A DNA stretch of 64,000 bases from Octopus vulgaris (lineage: Eukaryota), in the NCBI GenBank assembly GCA_951406725.2, contig OX597830.1:73718001-73782000 (forward strand), written 5' to 3'. Below are positions 26,994-43,540 of this stretch, piece by piece. Numbering within the stretch: the stretch's first letter is position 1; each line of letters begins with the position of its first letter. The notes beneath the pieces are model-generated. The model had not been told where the DNA came from and searched no databases. It worked only from the letters and a program-made list of their open reading frames with translations. The position numbers and the translations under genes are program-made.

Positions 26994-27387
26994 CTAGCAG
27001 TATCGCCCGGCGTTGCTCGGGTTTGTAAGGGAAGTAACTATATAAGCATTTTTAGAGATGTAAAGTATAATAGCCATCTCAATATGGTTAACCACAAAGT
27101 GGGGTGTTACTGTAGCTTTTTACGTTCTGAGATTTAATAATACATTTTTAGAGAGTTACTTCCCTTATATAATAGCAAAAAAATGCATTAAAAGTGGGAA
27201 AAATGATGGTAAATTTTTTTTTAAATCGTAGACTCATCGTAGACGCGCGCTAATACCCAGAAGGGCTCGATATGAATCACGACTATAAGATACCCGCTTT
27301 TGGTTACACTGCACCGCGAAATGTGGGAGTAGTTAGGAATCTAAATCGTAGGATACAGACACACAACTTCACTTTTATATATAAAGA
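26994..27387 (-). mobile_element. Complete non-autonomous Helitron
   Basis: Minus strand A|TCTTTATATATAAAAG...CCCGAGCAACGCCGGG-CGATACTG-CTAG|T: 5'-TC, 3' hairpin plus CTAG, AT target, no TSD. Confidence 0.88.
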
Positions 27388-27464
27388 TATGAGCTAAAGT
27401 GCTTTCTCGTAAAAAAATATATATTGTATACACCCCACCCACATATGTATAGGGTTTTAGACGT

Positions 27465-27560
27465 AAAATATTGTCAGTGACTTCAGAGTTCCATCTCGAC
27501 AGACTGATGAAAGTTAGCAAGCCGAAACTGCGAAGTCACTTCCAAGATAATATTTCGATT
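27465..27560 (+). ncRNA. Degenerate hammerhead-like motif with inverted partial copy
   Basis: CTGATGA (27504-10)-aagttagcaagcc-GAAAC-tgcgaa-GTC; upstream GTGACTTC is complementary to GAAGTCAC. Confidence 0.45.
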
Positions 27561-27796
27561 AAATAACTACGTACTCTACTAAAAATATTGAATAATCATT
27601 GAGTTAGATATGAAATTATTTAATATAGTTAGACACAAATGTGCGCATGCAAGTATGTATAAGTGTGTGCATGTGTATGTGTGTGTGTGTATGTGTGTAC
27701 GTATGAATTGGAATTGCGTCAGTAACCATGTCGGGGCAGCTTTGACGAAAATTTTCGCACCAAATAAAGAAGGTTTAAGTAAAGTTAACAGTTTAT

Positions 27797-27961
27797 AGGC
27801 GTGCGAGTGGCTGTGTGGTAAGTAGCTTGCTTATGAACTACATGGTTCCGGGTTCAGTCCCACTGCGTCGCACCTTAGCAAGTGTCTTCTACTATAGCCT
27901 CGGGCCGACCAAAGTCTTGTGAGTGGATTTGGTAGACGGAAACTGAAAGAAGCCCGTCGTA

Positions 27962-28016
<55 letters not shown>

Positions 28017-28230
28017 ATGTGAGTGTGTATGTTTGCGTGTCTGTGTTTGTCACCCCAATATCGCTTCACAACCGATGCTGGTGTGTTTACGTCGCCGTAA
28101 CTTAGCGGTTCGGTAAAAGAGACCGATAGAATAAGTACTAAGCTTCCAAAGAATAAGTCCTTGGATCGCTTTGCTCGACTAAGGGCGGTGCTCCAGCATG
28201 GCCATAGTCAATTGACTGAAACAAGTAAAA
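27797..28230 (+). mobile_element. SINE family B full length
   Basis: Head, CORE-like segment, (TA)(TG) insert, tail GACTGAAACAAGTAAAAGA. Confidence 0.93.
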
Positions 28231-28414
28231 GATTTAAAGCGTTCTAGTGTGTTTTCGAAAGGTTAACATGTCTTTTGTACACTTTAATTGTTTTAGATAT
28301 AACATAGTCTGTCAGATCCAATTGATATTTTCTGGCAAAATGAGTACATCTCCCAAGTATGTACTTATGTATGAATGAATGCATGCATGTAAGCCCGTAT
28401 GTTTGATTGTTTGC

Positions 28415-28447
<33 letters not shown>

Positions 28448-28449
28448 CA

Positions 28450-28816
<367 letters not shown>

Positions 28817-29239
28817 TATTTATACACACACATATATCATATATACATATATATTGAAATGGAGAAGTAGGTCTTGTTATTTATCTTTGGTTCTCCTTCA
28901 TCAAGCAGACACACGATTAAAGGTACGGCTACAACCACCATTCTTCACTTTATTTACACATACCTATTATTACGTGTAACCTTAAAATAATTAAAACATC
29001 ATTTAGGAGAGATTTGGCTTCCATTTCTAGCAGAATTTGTGACCACAGAGACGCTCACTCATTGGCGCATATTGTTTTCCTTCTTTGTGTTTATCTGACA
29101 CGGGGTGGTCGCTTCGACAGACATGGAGACTGTGAAAGAGGGAAGGTAAGAGGTGACAGGATATGTCTTGGTTCTTATAATTTGGAGGCCATGTTTCTTA
29201 GCTAACAGTAGACTACTGTGTTGCAATTACAAATCGTGG

Positions 29240-29290
<51 letters not shown>

Positions 29291-29296
29291 TACATA

Positions 29297-29346
<50 letters not shown>

Positions 29347-29559
29347 CAATCACATACATATATGTATATATGTGTGTATGTATTAATACATACATATAAG
29401 TACGTGTGTGTTTGCATATATGTATTTGTAGGTCCGTGTGCCAGATTCCGCGTATGTGTGTGTGTGCATGTGTGTATGTGTGTATGCATACCTATATACA
29501 TGCAATATATATTTATACATACATATATGTACATAGTAATATACATTTAGAAATGTACA

Positions 29560-29641
<82 letters not shown>

Positions 29642-30291
29642 TACATATATATTTATATTTGTGTGTGTGTATGTATATATATAAACGCGCGCATGTGTGT
29701 GTATACGGATATATGTATAAATATACACACAAACCCATATGCATGCACACACATACACACACCTATATATATACGTGCATGCATACACATAGGCATAGTT
29801 TCTGTATTTTTGTATATACGTCAGTTTATATATGCATGTATGTACGTAAGTATATGCATGTTTGTATAAATGTTTGTATGTATGTATGTATGTATGTATG
29901 TATGTATGTATGTATGTATGTATGTATGGTATGTATGTGTGTATGTATGCAGTGTTCATGCTTATAAATCAAACCAATTTCGGTAGGGCTTTAATTAGCA
30001 GATGAAATTTATGTGGGCGTCATTGACCCTAAAAATAAAAGAATCACAGATTGAGACTTATAGAAACGGTAGGAAGAGGTATAAGTTCTTGAAAAGGAAA
30101 GAGAATAATGAAATGAGAGAAAGAGAAAGAGAGAGAGAGAGAGAACAGACGAAAGACAGTAAGGAAGAAAAATGAAAGAAAGAAAGAAAGAAAGAGAGCT
30201 GAAAGTTAAGGGAAGAAAATTGTGGGTGGGATTGAACGAAATTGGCAGAGATAGAGAGAAGTATTTTAGAAATCGAGTGGAAGAGAGTAAT

Positions 30292-30334
<43 letters not shown>

Positions 30335-30436
30335 AGGGAGGGGAGAGATTAAGAAGGAGCAGGAGTAGGAGGAGTAGAAGCAGAATCAGTAGCATTAGAA
30401 TAAAAATTGGAAGAAAAAGTAAACAAAATAGTATAT

Positions 30437-30452
30437 GTAGTAGTAGTAGTAA

Positions 30453-30519
<67 letters not shown>

Positions 30520-30628
30520 GGTGGTGGTGGTGGTGGTGGTGGTGGTGAAGGTTGAGGTAGTGGTACTTGTGCTGGTAGACGAAGAAGAAGAAGAAGAAGA
30601 AGAAGAAGAAGAAGAAGAAGAAGAAGAA

Positions 30629-30660
<32 letters not shown>

Positions 30661-30720
30661 ATAGGAAGAAAAAAGGAAGAAGATGAAAAGGAAGATGAAA
30701 AGGAAGAAGAGGAAGAAGAT
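30437..30720. repeat. (AGT)n(GGT)n(GAA)n compound microsatellite
   Basis: Directly visible. Confidence 0.9.
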
Positions 30721-31289
30721 TAGGGAGAGGTAATATGTGATAGAGATATAAAAAGAAGGGTAAACAAGTTAGAAATAGTGTGACAGAGAGAAAGCGAGAT
30801 AGCTATCTAGCTAGATAGAAAGAGGCAGAGAGGGAGAGAAAGAGAGAGAAGCAGCAAGAGAGAGAGAGAGAGAGAGAGAGAGTGTATGAGAGGAGAAAAA
30901 GAGGTGTGTTGAGGAAGGAGCAAGTCAAGAGATCATTGGAAAGAAAGTAAAGCAATCTGACTAAGCCTAGATGGTAAGTTACCACACTGATGTCTACTGG
31001 TGCTTACGCATGGATGGGGTATGAGCATTCGAGATGTTGGAAAAGCAAGTTCAATCTCATTTTACATACAAGACGATGAGACGAAACAGTTAGTCATTGT
31101 ACTACTAATCCACTGGCACCCCCCACGTCCCACGTCCTAAACGGTGACATTCCCTTCCCTCAACCATTAATCATGTATTTAGTTCCCTCAGATTCTTGGC
31201 ATTTCCCAATTGCAATGATTTCTTTGTAGTCTTTCAGAGCAACAACAACAACAACAACAACAACAACAGCAACAATAATTACTAATTTA

Positions 31290-31700
31290 AGAATAAAGCC
31301 AGCATTTTGAAGATAAGGGGTTTGTCGATGTTATCAATCCAAATAATTCACTGGTATCTTCTTTTTTTTTTTGGTCCCTCAAAGGATGGAAAACAAACTT
31401 GACCTTGGCGGGATTTGAACTCAGAAAGTAAAGAGTCGAAACATTAACGGCAAACCATTTTTAGACGCTCTAACGATTTTGCCCAATCACTGGCTTAAAG
31501 GGTAGTTTCTGGTTTAAGCGGAAGGACAGCAATTTTGAAAGGAAGTTTATAGAGTCGTTACCATCGAAACCAGTCCTTGGCAAGCATTTTGTTTTTTTCC
31601 ATCCCCCACTAAAAAAAATGAAAGGCAAATTTGAAATGGTTAGATACGAGCTCAGAATGTGAAAAGCGTAAGGAACTGCATCTAGAATGAATGACAATTC
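31290..31700 (-). mobile_element. Two diverged SINE family A copies
   Basis: AAAGGATGGAAAACAAACTTGACCTTGGCGGGATTTGAACTCAGAA and a second, weaker core at ~31620. Confidence 0.7.
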
Positions 31701-32784
31701 TTGTTATTAGTCTCTCTTCACAACTTCCGAAGGTTTCTCTATCTATGAAATACAGAATGAAGTAGGAAGGACGCTAAAGCAATAAATTATATAACCAAAG
31801 AAAATTTCAATGTCGTGGTTTAGTTCCATTTCAGCCGTTTTGAGCAAACATTTCATTAAATGTATTCCATAACACAACTCTGATATTGCTTTGTGGTCTT
31901 GCGGACTTGTGGTCTTGTGGAATCATGAGGACTTTTATGTCCTTGTGCTTCCCGGTGGTTCACGTGCCTTAAGTTAGGACACAACTAACTATTTACTCGT
32001 ATTGCTTTACGAAATTGTAAACAGGCAGAGAGTCTGTGACGTTATCAATGTCCCGGATGTTGACAGTGTTTCTTCGTTCTAAATTTTGTGAGATCATATT
32101 GTGGGCAGACGTGTCTTTCTTTCTTGCAATTTACTCAAATGCTTTCACCCCGTACTCCATTTCTAAGATAATACATATAGAACAATAAGGTCTCTTTCAT
32201 ATGGGTAAAAATAAGCTCTCCTTTTTTTCAAAGAGAATGCATCTACTGCATATGTCTTCATAAGCTGCTGCTTAGTACATCTTGAATGGCGTAACGAAAA
32301 CCCCGGAGGTTTCAGCAAGACAAAAATGTCACGTTTCTCTCCTCACATGACTAAGGAAGATATTCTGATAGAGTTCTGCCTATTTCTTGAACCAAATGCT
32401 TCCACGTATTAGTCCACGTTGCGTAAAATAATCCGCATCGTCAGTTTTCTTGATGAGAAGCATATTGTGATATCGTCTGGTTTCGTAATGGCGACATATT
32501 TATTTGACAAAGTACGTGTAGATATGCATGTAACGTTGTTGATGTAATAATGCTTATTGTGCGTATTGTTACGTGCTTTTCTTTTTGCTAAAGTGGCAAT
32601 ATTTTTTATACTTTTACAGCTTGTAAATTTGTTCATTACTAGATTTGTTTTAATTTTAGTCTGTGTTATTATTGATCTTTGGGAACAGATTTGATTAGCT
32701 CTATCGTATTATGTCGCAGGGAGTGTCCGTGTATCAAAATACCAAGCTTAATTTATAAGTGTTAAAAGAAAGAATTATTAAAAA

Positions 32785-32850
<66 letters not shown>

Positions 32851-33018
32851 TAAATTGTGGTCATACACTGATAGATAATAGATATGGAAATCATTCAACA
32901 GAATATTTTTGTAGGAAAACAGATCTCACTAATTATCACATATCACTCAAGTCCCAAGAAGTGATTTGAAAACGTCTGACAAATTCAGCAGCGAATAATA
33001 ATAATAATGATGATGAGG

Positions 33019-33085
<67 letters not shown>

Positions 33086-33102
33086 TAATAATGATAATAA
33101 TG

Positions 33103-33191
<89 letters not shown>

Positions 33192-33527
33192 TAATAATAA
33201 TAATAACCATGGACTCTCCCGTCGAAGATGACGTATGAACACTCAGTTTTTGCCGAACGACCTGCGCAAATGATTTGTCTATAGTGATCAAGTGTTCGTA
33301 CCGCACATTAGTTCACTCTCTGCATACAATGGACATTGCCTGAAAAAGTGAAGTGCACTCAACAAGATTTTCAATTTTCTATAAAATAATTTTTCTTATA
33401 GAATTTCGTGACACAATCTGGGAGTAATTCATTTTCTGACCTAATAATAAAGCATTATTTAACCAAATACAAAGAGTAAGTCAGCTTGAAGTTGCCTATA
33501 TTATATTAGAAAAGAGCTCATACATAG

Positions 33528-33614
<87 letters not shown>

Positions 33615-33956
33615 ATATACGATAAAATCAATCGAAGGGTGGGAATGACTACTCAACATTGCATTGATGGCTAAATATTCTTTATTTGTGGGTTGACAAG
33701 CAACCAATTGTTTCATGTGAAGTAATCTTCACAATTGTTCAAGTGTCTCACATGAAAATGGTTACGTATTTACCTACCTACACTCACACGCACATACACA
33801 CACACACGCACACACACACACGCACGCACACATACACACACACACACACACACATATATACATATATATATATATATGGAGAGAGAGAGAGAGAGACAGC
33901 GGGAAGCAGAAGGAGAGGGAAGGAGAGAGCAAGTATAGTCAGTAACACGTACACAG

Positions 33957-34018
<62 letters not shown>

Positions 34019-34555
34019 ATGTAAGTGTGTGTATATAAGCATATAGCTGTGTCTCAGCTTTAAGAAGCACGCAATCAAGCACATACACCCAACACACGAG
34101 CAAGCGCAGGCACATATTATCTCTGTATCAGCCCCTCTCTCTCTTTTCGTCACTTTGACGTGCACACAGACATACGCATATCCTTGAGCCCAAGTATCCA
34201 ACAACATACATCACACACATATACATACGTGTATACACATAAATTTATACATAGACACACATATCCACATATGCACACACACATACACACACAGAATTAT
34301 ATACATGTGCACTTCGCCATTCATACCCGAAGTGCAAACATTCGGTCGAGTGCCTACATTTATACCTAAATTTGGACGTAATTGTGGTGAAAGCCATAAA
34401 TTTAGACTGGAGCAATCTGAAAGCCATTTGGGGTAGAGGCGGCAAAATATAGAATGCGTGTCTGTATATCATTTTATACAGACTCGTGTCTATCCATCTT
34501 TCTGTCCGTTTGCATCTGTGTGTGTCTCTGTATGCATCTGTGTGTGTGTGTCCGT

Positions 34556-34608
<53 letters not shown>

Positions 34609-34745
34609 GAGTGGCAATATTGAGGGTCGTCTTGACAGCTGAGCCGAATTTGCCTCACTGACCCGTCCAATCGGAAGAACAACCGGAAAGTAATAGTTAT
34701 ATCTTGAAACCGTCTTCACCTATTCAACTCCTCTCTATCCCTCTT

Positions 34746-34818
<73 letters not shown>

Positions 34819-34884
34819 TACACACACAATTCGTTCTTACACATACGCTCTGTCTCAATGACATATATCTACCTATCTATCTCT

Positions 34885-34933
<49 letters not shown>

Positions 34934-35120
34934 CATATTATGAATGTAAATATGTATGTATGTGTGTATGCCTGTAGTATTTATGTGTGTGTGTGTGTGT
35001 GTGTATGTATAAAACGTAATTGCATTCTATGATTACACGTACTTTGCTCAAAATTTCACAACCGTAGAAGCGATCTCGGTCCTTCACATCCTGAGATGTA
35101 GTTATATAAATGAGTGTGTA

Positions 35121-35224
<104 letters not shown>

Positions 35225-35263
35225 CACACACACACACATATCTATATATATATATATATATAA

Positions 35264-35472
35264 CGGCGCTGAACTGGCAGAATCATTAGCACGCCGGGCG
35301 TCTGCCGTTACGTTCTGAGTTCAAATTCCGCCGAGGTCGACTTTGACTTTCATCCTTTCGAGGTCGATTAAATAAGTACCAGTTACTCACTGGGGTCGAT
35401 ATAATCGATTCAATCCGTTTGTCTGTCCTTGTTTGTCTCCTCTGTGTTTACCCCCTTGTGGGTAGTAAAGAA

Positions 35473-35473
<1 letters not shown>
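35264..35473 (+). mobile_element. SINE family A (tail-1) inserted in (TA)n
   Basis: Head, core and tail-1 ending GTAGTAAAGAAAT. Confidence 0.9.
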
Positions 35474-35516
<43 letters not shown>

Positions 35517-35717
35517 ATAGCTTTTTGCGAATGCACACATCATTAATCGTCTATTTTCATGGGAAATATCATACATGCACACACACGCACACACTAACAT
35601 ACACACACGCGCGCGCGCACATACTCCCACCCCCACCCACATATATGTGCGTGTGTGTATACATATATATATATATAAAATTAAAACTGGAAGGAGAAGC
35701 ATTATCATATATGTATG

Positions 35718-35789
<72 letters not shown>

Positions 35790-37464
35790 CATACATACAT
35801 TCATACATATATGATAATGCGTCCCCTTCCAGTATTAATTTTTGCTTTATATCTCTAGAGTATTGGAATTAATCAGCGTTGTAAATGGATGGGATAGCCA
35901 GCAGGAGTAAAGTGTACTTCTATGCCTAATATAACAGTTGGAGTCATGATGTTTATAACTTCCACGTTTGCAGCCAAATTGCGTCGGTCGGTTGTTGTTT
36001 CTACCTTACAAACACTTTAACATGTTTGTAGTTTCTCCCTGAGCATTAGTTGTTTTTTTTAATCCGTTTTTTTTTATATTATATTATTTGTATAAGTTTA
36101 TGATTTGGTATTTTGGTGTAATATATGGTCTTCTCTTTCATTTTGAAAGAGTTTTGAGTATGTGGCAACTTATTATTGTTAGTATGCATCTGATATATAA
36201 TGCATTTCATATATAGTTTGTATATTTTTTTAATAATAGTATCGTTAGATGTAGTTATTGCGCTATGCTTGTAAATGTATTGTTCTACGACATGATCTAT
36301 TTATTTGCTGGAAAATATGCGGTTGGTTAGTGTTCCGTTTTTATTTATTATTATTATTCCGAAAACTTATCAAGTACTTCATTCTTGGAGAATTATCTAA
36401 TTGCTCTTCTAAATAAGAATTTATCACTGATTTTTGTATTCCTGTTGACTTTCGCTCTCTCCATATACATATTAAAGTTTATTTATGCTTTTGTGTGAGT
36501 AGACATTTATTTGATGTCTTTGTGTTAATTGACTTGATGTACTTGTTAATTTTTACTTGTGTTTTTATGTCCGGATATGAAGTCAGCTTAGTGCCATAAT
36601 TTATTGTTGCACCGTTTGGGTGTTAAATTTTAATTCAAGCTACCCATTGCAGCGAATGAATCGTACATACACCTAATGTGTATCGTGTATATATGCTTTG
36701 TTATTTGTTATTGCAAAGCGCAACGACATGAACGTAGGCTTCAATGGATACTCCCATAGACACATCAACTTTTATATATTATATCCCATGAAAGCAAAAG
36801 GATACGTCTTTAGTTCTAGACCCTAATAATTTTTTCAATGTATTTGCTGGTACTCTAAGATTTATTAATTTTTTAACACACTACTTAATATTAGAGTCTT
36901 TCATTTTTTTCTACCACATGACCCCTCCTGTGATCGATAAAATAAATACCAAATGAGTACCTGGGTGCTCAATTGATATTCATTTTATCCAGTAATCGAT
37001 TTCTCGCATCTCCGAAAATTGCGGGCCTTAAATCTGATTCAATCTGCAACCAATATTGTGTATAACTTATCGATGTTTATTACATTCAACTAAGTTAAGC
37101 ATTGAAGTATATCGTTTCTATCTATACTGATCTTATCCTTGAAATTTTCTAAGGTTTTCTAGGTTGGTTTGAGTTCAACATTTTTGTTATTTAGTTTCTC
37201 TTACATTTCGTTTGCGAGTGAAAATTAACACAAAGGTCGAGGAGCGTAATTCAATCTGGGATAACAATTAAGTAAGAGATTAAGTAACGTATCTTCATAT
37301 TACGAGGATCAACATTTTTTTTTTGAAAATTGCGCGGTCATTTACCTATAAAAATATACGCCAAAACATAACAAAGCTTGATAAGAAAGACTTCCGAGCA
37401 ATGTATCTATACCAGAGAGACTTTCCCTACAATACTGACGTTTGATATTTAATATGAAGGTGCA

Positions 37465-37665
37465 TAGGTCAGTAGTTAGTGAGTTTGATTCACGGACCAG
37501 GCTGTGTGTTGTGCTTCTGAGCAATATATTCGTGACGTTGAAATGGGAAACTGGTATACATAGGCAACTGCTGGTCTTCCATAAAAAACCTTGCCCGGAC
37601 AGTGTACATCGGATGGAAACTTTCTAGGTGGAATCCCATAGTCGTTCATGACCGAAGGAATTCTT
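37465..37665 (+). mobile_element. Remnant of SINE family C
   Basis: ACTGCTGGTCTTCCATAAA..CCTTGCCC..ACTTTCTAGGTG..TTCATGACCGAAGGA is shared with 50190-50282. Confidence 0.8.
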
Positions 37666-38201
37666 TACTCATTAATAATCTAAGAAATGTTTAGAAATAT
37701 TCAGATCACAGAAATCAAGAACAAATATATATATATATATATATGACTAATGAAATATAAATCTAACAGTCAGAAATTAATATTTCGTCAGTAATATTGC
37801 CACCAATCCAATTAAAAGACTGCAGAATATGTTCACAACGTTTCATCCTGATGATGGGTCTGAGAACGTCTAGACACGTTAATGGTGATTTTAGCAATTT
37901 CCATTGTTCCAAACAAACACTGAGGAATTCATATCAGAATATGAGAGCAAAAATTGAAAAGAAGACAAAAAAACTAAAGATTAGAATGTAATCGTTTATT
38001 AATTACTACGAACATGCACATAGAAACACACACACGTGCGTGAATGTGTGGGTGTGTGTATGTGTATGTGTATGTGAGCGTGCGTGCATCTGTTTGTGTG
38101 TCACTTTCAACTTTCTCTGTGACACGTGGACTACGAGTGAAATATATTCAATAAGCTTTTATATGTATATATATACATACACACAGGCACACATATATAC
38201 A

Positions 38202-38289
<88 letters not shown>

Positions 38290-38328
38290 TATGCACACAA
38301 GCACACATATATACATATATATACATAT

Positions 38329-38384
<56 letters not shown>

Positions 38385-38448
38385 ATACACGTATACACTC
38401 ATATCTATTTCATACATACAAACAGGCATACATACATATTATGTGTAT

Positions 38449-39984
<1,536 letters not shown>

Positions 39985-40055
39985 GTATATGCGAATATAT
40001 ATACGTATGTATGCATTTATACATAAAGCGACATATACATAAATGCATGCATACC

Positions 40056-40116
<61 letters not shown>

Positions 40117-40168
40117 GATATAATATATATATGTATTATATTATATACATATGTAATATATATGTATC

Positions 40169-40213
<45 letters not shown>

Positions 40214-40214
40214 G

Positions 40215-40463
40215 TATTCTCTTACTCGTTTAAGTCATTTGACTGCGGCCATGCTGAAGCACCGCCTTATAGGATTTTAGTTGAAAAAAATCGACTCTAT
40301 CACTTATTCTTTGTATGCCCAGTGCATATTCTATCGTTCGCTTTTTGTCGAATCGCTATGTTACGGAGACATAAACACACCGACATCGGTTGTAAAGCGA
40401 TTGTGGGGAGGTAAAACACAGGCACACACACATAATGCACCCACATACACACACACACACACA

Positions 40464-40519
<56 letters not shown>

Positions 40520-40635
40520 GATATATATATATATACAACGAGCTTCTTTCAGTTTCCATCTACGAAATCATGCCTGAGGCTACAGTAGAGGACAACTGAC
40601 CAAGCTGACACACAGTGGAACTGAACCCAGAATCA

Positions 40636-40640
<5 letters not shown>
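40215..40640 (-). mobile_element. SINE family B
   Basis: GTCATTTGACTGCGGCCATGCTG..GCTTCTTTCAGTTTCC..CTGAACCCAGAA. Confidence 0.85.
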
Positions 40641-40666
<26 letters not shown>

Positions 40667-40813
40667 ATGTATGTATGCATGCATGCATGTATGTATTATA
40701 TAGTATTCTTTTCTGAGAACCCAAGTTAGCAAAATGGAATTTGAACTCAGAACGTAACGGCAGACGAAATACGGCTACTCATTTCGCCCGGCGTGCTAAC
40801 GTCTCTGCCAGCA

Positions 40814-40886
<73 letters not shown>

Positions 40887-41238
40887 CATAGATGATTATA
40901 TACATACATACACTATATACCAATTTCTACTTCGTTGTCATAGTTTCAGATTGGTGTCCGGTAAGGTAGAAATTTCCTTCTTCAGTGATTTTTCGCAGGA
41001 CTTGTTAAAGCAAAATCTTTAAGTTTATGGATGGACAGTGTCTCTTCATAGCAATTAAAGCATTGGATATTTATCTAACGAGACTGCTTCGGCTGGTATT
41101 TTCATTTTTCATCTAAAACAACAGCTAAATCTCATTCTACTGTCCTTGAAGCGACAGATACACAGGATAATAAAAGAGTAAACACACGCTTTCTATCTTT
41201 AAATACTACTACTACTACAACAACTACTACTACTACTT

Positions 41239-41326
<88 letters not shown>

Positions 41327-41328
<2 letters not shown>

Positions 41329-41726
41329 TCTACTATAAGCACAATGCCTGAAATTTGGAGGAAAGGTTATAGTCGATTACATCAATACCAGTACTCAACT
41401 GGTGCTGAATTTATCGACACCGAAAGGATGAAAGTCAAAATCGACCTCGGTGTTATTTGAACTCAGAAGGTAGCGGCAGACGAAATACCTATTTCTTTAC
41501 TAACCACAAATGGCTAAACACAGAGGAGACAAACAAGGACAGACAGGCGGATTAAGTCGTTTATATCGACCCCAGTGCGTAACTGGTACTTATTTAATCG
41601 ACCCTGAAAGGATGAAAGTCAAAGTCGACCTCGGTGGAATTTGAACTCAGAATGTAATGGCAGACGAAATACCGCTAAGCATTTCGCCCGGCGTGCTAAC
41701 GATTCTGCCAGAACGCCGCCTTTATT

Positions 41727-41772
<46 letters not shown>

Positions 41773-42185
41773 TGATGATGATGATGATGATAATAATAAT
41801 AACAATAATAATAATCCTTTCTACTATAAGCACAAGGCCTGAAATTTGGGCGGAGAGGGATAATCGATTACATCGACCCCAGTGTTTCACTAGTATATAT
41901 TTAACAATCCCGTCGAGCACCTGGGTCGATGTTACCCACTAACCCGCTCCCCTAAAATTTTCGGCTTTGTGCCTTCAGTAGAAATTATTAATTATTATTT
42001 TTATAAGGCAGACTCGTAAGCACGCCGGACGGAACGCTTAATGGTATATCGCCCGTCGCTACGTTCGGAGTTCAAATTCCTTTGAGATCGACTTTGCTTT
42101 TCATTTTTTTCTGGGGTCGATGAAATCAATACTAGTTAAGTGTTGTGGTCGATGTAACCGCTTCCCCAAAATTTCAAGCCTTTAG
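41327..42185. mobile_element. Cluster of SINE family A copies (minus 41327-41895, plus 41915-42185) among (TAA)n tracts
   Basis: Cores and tails in both orientations separated by (TAA)n. Confidence 0.88.
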
Positions 42186-42186
42186 G

Positions 42187-42231
<45 letters not shown>

Positions 42232-42244
42232 TTATTATTATTAT

Positions 42245-43188
42245 TCAGTAGTTTTATTTTTAGTACTTCACTACCGAGCGCAGCTCTGTGTGCCTCAGGT
42301 ATGTGCAGTGATTTGTTGTGATGCTCTGATTGTTATTGTATGGAAAGTGTTCTGCGTAGGATGTGCGCAGTGCCTAGTAGTGCAATTTTCTGTATGTTAT
42401 ATGTGGTTGTAAGTCCTGGTGTTTTTGTTATGTATTTGTCTGAATATTTTTTTATCATGCCTAATGCACCTACTATGATAGGAATTGTTTCTGTTTTTAG
42501 ATTCCACACTCTGGTTACCTCTATTTCTAGGTATTTGTATTTTGAAAGTTTCTCCATTTCTTTTAGAGAAACGTTGTCATCTGCCGGTATTGATACATCA
42601 ATTAGAAAACATTTGTTTTCTTCATGATCTCTGACAACTATATCTAGTCTGTTTGCTTTACTTTCTTTATCTGTGTGTATCGGCATATCCCAGAGTATGG
42701 TTGCTTTCTCGTTTTCTGTGACCTTTTCTGGTGTGTGCCTATACCATCTTTTTTCTGTTGTTATTCCATAATGTTGGCATAGCTTCCAGTGTATGTAGGT
42801 TCCAACTCTGTCATGTATGTGAATATATTCCTTCTTAGCCAGGACTGGGCAGCCAGAGATAATATGATTTATTGTTTCTTGTCCATCTCCACATATTCAG
42901 CAGTTACTTGTTATATTTCTTTTCATTACATGTTTTTCGTAATTTCTGGTGGGGAGGCTTTGGTCTTGTGCTGCAATTAAAAACCCCTCTGTCTCTGCTT
43001 TGAGTCCTGAGCTTCTCAACCATTGCTGGGATTTTTCTTTGTATATTTCTTTTGCGTTTAGTTTAGTCCAGTATTTACCATGAAGGGACTTTTCTTGCCA
43101 TCGTTTTATCTTGGTTCGTTGGTGTTCTATTTTTAGTTTGGATTTCATTTATTTTATAGCTTTTGTTGTTTCTTCATCTTCTTCATCT

Positions 43189-43190
<2 letters not shown>
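42245..43190 (-). mobile_element. R4/Dong-clade non-LTR retrotransposon, 5'-truncated pseudogene (CCHC finger + RLE)
   Basis: One frame with two stops: WQEKSLHGKY..LKAETEGFLIAAQDQSLPTRNY..C*ICGDGQETINHIISGC..HDRV..ILWDMPIHTD..ANRLDIV..FLIDVSIPADDNV..EKLSKY..IPIIVGALG; (TAA)n on both sides. Confidence 0.92.
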
Positions 43191-43286
<96 letters not shown>

Positions 43287-43319
43287 TGTTGCAGTAGTGT
43301 TATTTTGGCTGTTAATGAT

Positions 43320-43540
43320 AAAGGGGTGAGTTGAAAGAATCATTAGCTTGTCGACCAAAATGCTTAGCGGTATTTCTTCCGGCACCTTTTGTTCTGAGTT
43401 GAAACACGGCTAATGTCGACATTGCCTATTATTCTTTTGGGTTCTTTAAAATCAATTACCAATTAATAGAGGGGTGGATATAATCGATTAATCCCCTCTC
43501 CATAAAACTGCTGGAATTGTGCCAAAATTTGAAACCATTA
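43320..43540 (+). mobile_element. SINE family A, diverged
   Basis: AAATGCTTAGCGGTATTTC..GTTCTGAGTT..GTCGACATTGCC. Confidence 0.75.

Noticed and set aside
34640-34655. miR-10 3' half (CCGAATTTG)
   Set aside because: No seed match and no hairpin
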